A stretch of DNA of 64,000 nucleotides from Patescibacteria group bacterium. GTDB taxonomy: Bacteria > Patescibacteriota > Patescibacteriia > PEXW01. How positions within the stretch are numbered: the stretch's first letter is position 1; each line of letters opens with the position of its first letter. The notes under the pieces are model-generated. The model was not told the origin of the DNA, searched no databases, and worked only from the letters and a program-made list of their open reading frames with translations. Shown one piece after another: positions 59,536 through 64,000 of the stretch. The translations under genes and the position numbers were made by a program. The stretch spans positions 68,506 through 132,505 of the forward strand of contig JBAZBR010000003.1 in assembly GCA_041671325.1 (NCBI GenBank), in the 5' to 3' direction.

Positions 59536-60510
59536 TTAAACTGACTCTATTCTCCAACCAGTTGGTGTATGAATTAACTTGCCTGGCACGGAAAAGCCCG
59601 CGGCTTTTTTGTGGCCGCCGCCGCCGAATTTTTGGGCAAGTTCGGAAACATCTACGTCTTCGTGTGTGGTTCTTAAACTGACTTTTACAAAACCGCTTGA
59701 ATCCTCTTTTAAAACCATGATGATTTTGGCATCCTGCAGAGCATTCAAGAAATTGGAAATGCCTTCCAAATCTTCATCCGTGGCTTCGCATTCGGTTAAG
59801 TCAGTTTGGGTTAAAACCGTACTGACCACGCCATCCGCATGCCTAGTTAATCTATCCAAAGCCCGGCCCCATAATTTAAGAGTGTTAACCGTCTTATTCC
59901 TGACCGTAAAATTGGTGATAGTCCGGAATTTTGCACCTAAGCCTAAAAGCTTGCCGGCAATTTCCATGGAAGATTGGGTGGTACCCAGATTTGAAAACCC
60001 GCCTGTATCAGTCAAAATGCCGGTCAAAATGCAAGTGGCCATGTCTTTGGTTATTTGGATTTGCTGGCTATCAAAAAACTGGTAAACCAATTCCGAAGCC
60101 GAAGAAGCAGTTGGTTCAACTAGGTTGATTTTCCCAAAACCTGGATTAGTGGGATGATGGTCAATATTAATAATTATTGGCTCACCTTTAATTTTTTCCA
60201 ATAAATGCCCGACGCCCGAATATGACAAACTGGAAGAATCTATAAAAATCACCAGATCAAAAGGGATACGGATGATTTCCTCATCCGTATATAAAAGGTG
60301 TTCCCAAAGCGGCAAATAGCGCAAATGCTGGGGTACGGGATGAAGGCAGTAGAAATGGAAGTGTTTGCCAATGTCCCTCAGCCAATTTGCCATAGCCAGA
60401 TTTGCCCCCAGGGTGTCGCCATCCGGTTTTTGGTGGGCAATCAGCAGGATTTCCTCCGCCTGGTCAATGGCCTTTTTGATTGTTTCGAAAGTTTGAAGTT
60501 TGTCTGACAT
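59536..60510 (-). CDS. nrnA: DHH-family phosphoesterase (oligoribonuclease NrnA-like)
   Basis: H..PDGD, IDHH, TDTG.F, GGGGH..AAG. Confidence 0.92.
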   Translation of the reverse strand: MSDKLQTFETIKKAIDQAEEILLIAHQKPDGDTLGANLAMANWLRDIGKHFHFYCLHPVPQHLRYLPLWEHLLYTDEEIIRIPFDLVIFIDSSSLSYSGVGHLLEKIKGEPIIINIDHHPTNPGFGKINLVEPTASSASELVYQFFDSQQIQITKDMATCILTGILTDTGGFSNLGTTQSSMEIAGKLLGLGAKFRTITNFTVRNKTVNTLKLWGRALDRLTRHADGVVSTVLTQTDLTECEATDEDLEGISNFLNALQDAKIIMVLKEDSSGFVKVSLRTTHEDVDVSELAQKFGGGGHKKAAGFSVPGKLIHTPTGWRIESV

Positions 60511-60557
60511 AAATTAAATAGCTGGGTAGTATAAGCTAACCAGTTGGGTGCGTCAAG

Positions 60558-60662
60558 CCCCGCACCACTTTTCATCAAAATCCAGAACCTAAAAGCAGGC
60601 TTTTTAGTCGGTATTAATATCTAACTAATTTACTTAACCTTTTTATGAAAAGTGGTGCGGGG
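60558..60662. repeat. Miniature inverted-repeat element, copy 4
   Basis: CCCCGCACCACTTTTCAT..ATGAAAAGTGGTGCGGGG; flanks TCAAG/CCAAG. Confidence 0.85.
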
Positions 60663-60717
60663 CCAAGGGCTGGGGAGGTTTGGTTTTGGATCGTGAAAAT
60701 AATCCGTCGCAATGAGG

Positions 60718-61188
60718 TTATTTTCCCTTAATTCTTTTTTCCTCCTCAAATTTTTCTAAAGCAGTATTAAATTTATCATTGGCGGCATTAACTTCCAAAA
60801 TTAAATGGTCAATAATCCCATTGAATAGGTTTGAATTTTTTTCATCAGGCCAAAGCTTCCTATCCTTTAAACTGGAAGCAATGTCCTGGCCTCTTCTTTG
60901 CCCGAATTCCAAAACATTGACCATGGCCAAGTTAAGCCGGCTAATTAATTTTGATTTATCTTCGTTGGGTAAATTTTCTTCATCAAGAATCTTTAATAAT
61001 TCTTCATAAGTTTCATAATAACCACTAATCACAATCTCTTTGGCTATTCGAATATCATCTTCCCCATACAAACCATTAGTCTGGCGGATTTGCGATTCCC
61101 AATCAGCAAAAAATTTTTCCCGATCCCAAGGTCGGCCAGGCATTTCATCGCTAATAGTCGAAATTTCTCGTCCTTCGAATTGGGTCAT
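60718..61188 (-). CDS. Hypothetical protein
   Basis: 156-aa helical ORF between rbfA and nrnA. Confidence 0.65.
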   Translation of the reverse strand: MTQFEGREISTISDEMPGRPWDREKFFADWESQIRQTNGLYGEDDIRIAKEIVISGYYETYEELLKILDEENLPNEDKSKLISRLNLAMVNVLEFGQRRGQDIASSLKDRKLWPDEKNSNLFNGIIDHLILEVNAANDKFNTALEKFEEEKRIKGK

Positions 61189-61201
61189 AAGAAAACAATA
61201 A

Positions 61202-61558
61202 TTAATTTACCAACTTTTCTTCCCTTCTAACCTTATCTAATAACGCCTCGATTTTTTGGGCCTTTCTTTCCCGCACATCAATGACAAAATGCAATGAAGG
61301 GATTCTTTGTAGGACCAAAGTCTTCATCAATTCATGCTGGAGAAAAGGCAGGCGTTTTTTTATTAAAGCCAAGGCTCCGGCTCCGTATTCATCGGGAATA
61401 ACCGAAAGGAAAATTTTAGCATGGCGGATATCACCCGTGGTTTCCACGCGGATAATGCTGACTAAAGCCGGTGGCGGGAAATTAAATTCAGTTAAAAAAA
61501 TTTCTCCAAGTTTTTGCTGGAGCAGGGAATTTAATTGGTTGATGCGTTTTGAGGGCAT
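61202..61558 (-). CDS. rbfA: Ribosome-binding factor A
   Basis: R......L...L, V..T.D..HAKIF.S, R.P.L.F..D; downstream of infB. Confidence 0.9.
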   Translation of the reverse strand: MPSKRINQLNSLLQQKLGEIFLTEFNFPPPALVSIIRVETTGDIRHAKIFLSVIPDEYGAGALALIKKRLPFLQHELMKTLVLQRIPSLHFVIDVRERKAQKIEALLDKVRREEKLVN

Positions 61559-61566
61559 AAATGTTT

Positions 61567-61671
61567 TGTCATCCTGACGACCTGACCATGGACAGGGAGG
61601 AAGGATCTTTATAAGGATTGAATATTTATGAAGATTCTTCGTCCTCGATCAGGCTCGGACTCAGAATGACA
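61567..61671. repeat. TGTCATCCTGA..TCAGAATGACA element, copy A
   Basis: Terminal inverted stems; near-identical to 62085-62224. Confidence 0.85.
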
Positions 61672-61686
61672 GAAAAAGTTAGTTCT

Positions 61687-62076
61687 TTAGACGCCTTTCA
61701 CCTTGATCCAACTAAGTTTCTGCCATTTGATTAGTTCCTCGGAATAAGGCAAGCCTTTGGGGATGGGGTTAAGGCAAAGTATTTTAATATGTTTATATAA
61801 GGTCAAGTTTAAGCCAATGGCAAAGGCAATTTCCGCAAAAACGCTGGGGCCAATATAATTCGAAACCCCTGATTTTTTAAGATTTAAAACAAACACCTCA
61901 TCAGTCTTAGTAATAGCCTTATAAAAATTTGAGTGTAGTTTTTTGTAATTCAAGCCGACTTTGTTGTTAAATTTTGGATATGCCAAAACTTTATAACCTT
62001 TATTCTCTAAATTTTCTTTCCAGTCAATAGCCTCTTTATAAAAAGACGTACTAGCCGATATAACTACTTTTTTCAT
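61687..62076 (-). CDS. Uncharacterised protein (nucleoside deoxyribosyltransferase-like fold)
   Basis: I...D.VFVLN..K....YIG.SVFAEI.FA motif. Confidence 0.7.
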   Translation of the reverse strand: MKKVVISASTSFYKEAIDWKENLENKGYKVLAYPKFNNKVGLNYKKLHSNFYKAITKTDEVFVLNLKKSGVSNYIGPSVFAEIAFAIGLNLTLYKHIKILCLNPIPKGLPYSEELIKWQKLSWIKVKGV

Positions 62077-62084
62077 ATGATTAT

Positions 62085-62224
62085 TGTCATCCTGACGACC
62101 TGCCTATGAGCAGGGAGGAAGGATCTTAATAAGGCTAAAATTTATAAAGATTCTCCCGCCTACCTTCGCCAGACGAAGTTCGGCGGGCAGGTCGTCCTCG
62201 ATCAGACTCGGATTCAGAATGACA
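62085..62224. repeat. TGTCATCCTGA..TCAGAATGACA element, copy B, with nested 37-bp insert
   Basis: Direct repeat of copy A plus CCCGCCTAC..CGGCGGGCAGG at 62155-62191. Confidence 0.85.
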
Positions 62225-62230
62225 GGGATG

Positions 62231-64000
62231 TTAATTTTCTAACTTCCTCGGGACTAATTTTTCTTCTACGAAAACCAAGGTATCACCTTCTTGTAAACCG
62301 TTTACGCCAACCAATTTCAAACCGCATTCGTCATTCAGGCCGACTTCGCCGACATTTTGTTTATTTTTCTGTAATTGTTCCAAATTAACTTGGCCTAAAA
62401 CTTTATTATTCCGAAAAGCCCTAACTTTGGCTTTGGCTTTAATAGTACCTTCTGTAACCTTAGCGCCGAGAATCGTGTTCTTGCCTTCAGCCCGGAAAAT
62501 TTTCAAGATCCTGGCTTGGCCAATAGCTTCTTCCACGATATCTGCGCCTAGTCTTTCTTCCAAACCTTTTTTAATATCATCTAAAAGTTCATAAATTACC
62601 GTATAGGTTTTGACTTTAGCTTTGGTATTGGCAACGGCTTTTTGGTTGGCGCTGACATTAAAGCCAATCAGCCAGGCGCCAGCTTGTTCCGCGCGCAAGA
62701 CATCCGCTTCATTAATATCGCCCAAAGCTTGGCCCACAACTTCTGGCCGCACTTCTTTGAAAGTGAAAGTTTTCAAGCTTTCCAAAATGGCTTCCAAAGA
62801 ACCAACCTTGTCGGCTTTCAAAAATAACGGAAGTTTTTTGGCTTCACCATCAATACCTTTGCCCGCAATAACCGAAGCGGTTTTGGCTGATTCCCGAGCT
62901 TTTATCTGCATCAATCTTAAAGTCGCCTCTTGTTGTTTCATTAATTTCCTGGCAGCCTTTTCGTTTTCCGGCGCTTCCAAAACATCACCCACGGCTGGCG
63001 CGGCTTTCAGACCTAAAATAACCACAGGCATGGAAGGCGGGGCATGCTGGGTCATTTGCCCATTCCAATCTTTCAAACTTTTTACTTTGCCAATGACCGA
63101 GCCTGCGGCAATAAAATCCCCGACATTTAAGGTGCCGTTTTGGATTAAGATAGTTGCCACTGGGCCTTCGCCTGGATCAACATGGGATTCAATGACCGTG
63201 CCCACGAGTTTGCCTTTGGGATTGGCCATAAGCAGGTCTTTTTCCATGTCCGCGACCAGTAAAATTGATTCCAGCAAATCATCAATGCCTTTGCCTGACT
63301 TGGCTGAAACGCCCACGGTAATAACTTTACCGCCCCAATCTTCGGGTTGCAGGTTGATGGAAGCCAATTCAGTTTTGACTTTTTCCAAACCAGCGCCTTC
63401 CTTGTCAATTTTATTAATGGCCACCACAAAAGGGATTTTGGTACGTTCGATAATATTCAAAGCTTCGCGAGTTTGGGGTTTGATGCCGTCATCCGCGGCA
63501 ATCACCAAAATACAGACATCGGCAATATTCGCGCCGCGGGAACGCATGGCCGTGAAAGCTTCATGGCCGGGCGTATCTATAAAGGTGATCGCGCGCCCCG
63601 CGCGGTCATCCCGAGTCCCTCGAGGGATCCCTCCCTCGCTTTCGCTCTGTCGGGATGATTGTTCCTCCATTGTCGGAACAATCACCTGGTAAGCGCCAAT
63701 ATGCTGGGTAATGCCGCCGTGTTCTTTGCCTGCGACATTGGTTTTACGGATGACATCCAACAAGCTGGTTTTGCCATGGTCAACATGGCCCATGACCACG
63801 ACGACTGGCGGCCGAGGAGTGGTTCTGTCTTTATCAGCCGAAATAATTTCCGAAACTTTTTTCGCCAAGTCAGTTTCCCTTTCCGAAGTGGTTTTTTCTT
63901 TTTGCGGTTTTATTTCCGCGCCAAAATCCGAACCGACAATAGAGGCCGTATCAAAATCAATTTCTTCGTTTAAAGTCGCCAGAATTCCATTCTTCATTAG
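62231..64000 (-). CDS. infB: Translation initiation factor IF-2 (5' end outside window)
   Basis: GHVDHGKT, GGITQHIGAY, DTPGHEAF, NKID. Confidence 0.98.
   Translation of the reverse strand, partial: LMKNGILATLNEEIDFDTASIVGSDFGAEIKPQKEKTTSERETDLAKKVSEIISADKDRTTPRPPVVVVMGHVDHGKTSLLDVIRKTNVAGKEHGGITQHIGAYQVIVPTMEEQSSRQSESEGGIPRGTRDDRAGRAITFIDTPGHEAFTAMRSRGANIADVCILVIAADDGIKPQTREALNIIERTKIPFVVAINKIDKEGAGLEKVKTELASINLQPEDWGGKVITVGVSAKSGKGIDDLLESILLVADMEKDLLMANPKGKLVGTVIESHVDPGEGPVATILIQNGTLNVGDFIAAGSVIGKVKSLKDWNGQMTQHAPPSMPVVILGLKAAPAVGDVLEAPENEKAARKLMKQQEATLRLMQIKARESAKTASVIAGKGIDGEAKKLPLFLKADKVGSLEAILESLKTFTFKEVRPEVVGQALGDINEADVLRAEQAGAWLIGFNVSANQKAVANTKAKVKTYTVIYELLDDIKKGLEERLGADIVEEAIGQARILKIFRAEGKNTILGAKVTEGTIKAKAKVRAFRNNKVLGQVNLEQLQKNKQNVGEVGLNDECGLKLVGVNGLQEGDTLVFVEEKLVPRKLEN

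Noticed and set aside
62610-63692. Long antisense ORFs over infB (also over pnp, rny, tig, nusA)
   Set aside because: Shadow frames of conserved genes with no motifs

Overview
Chromosomal window of a small-genome bacterium, most likely Patescibacteria/CPR (Parcubacteria-like). This is inferred from gene content: housekeeping genes out of their usual operons, pilin-like clusters, NYN between rpsO and pnp, an archaeal-type cytidylate kinase and many orphan ORFs. Core genes include tig, hppA, nusA, rnhB, pnp, rpsO, a Xer-type recombinase, speD, trxB, ddl, pilT, HU, ymdB, rny, clpP, nrnA, rbfA and partial infB. The window also has six tRNA genes and one intact IS1595-family element (24-bp imperfect TIRs, 8-bp TSD). 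The most unusual signals are non-coding: (1) two stand-alone, highly structured minus-strand transcription units without a substantial ORF (about 420 nt and 690 nt), each between a consensus sigma70 promoter and a terminator-like hairpin, which are candidate large ncRNAs; (2) a miniature inverted-repeat element that sits against -35 hexamers (3 copies) or in-frame in a prepilin leader (1 copy); (3) duplicated tRNA fragments riddled with nested micro-hairpin insertions, plus a conserved structured module directly after tRNA CCA ends; (4) integrase-free micro-cassettes carrying only a GIY-YIG or DUF559 nuclease; (5) many orphan genes built as promoter/boxA-like/SD/ORF/terminator cassettes, whereas several core genes look leaderless or SD-less. 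All calls come from reading the sequence by eye; no searches or folding programs were run.
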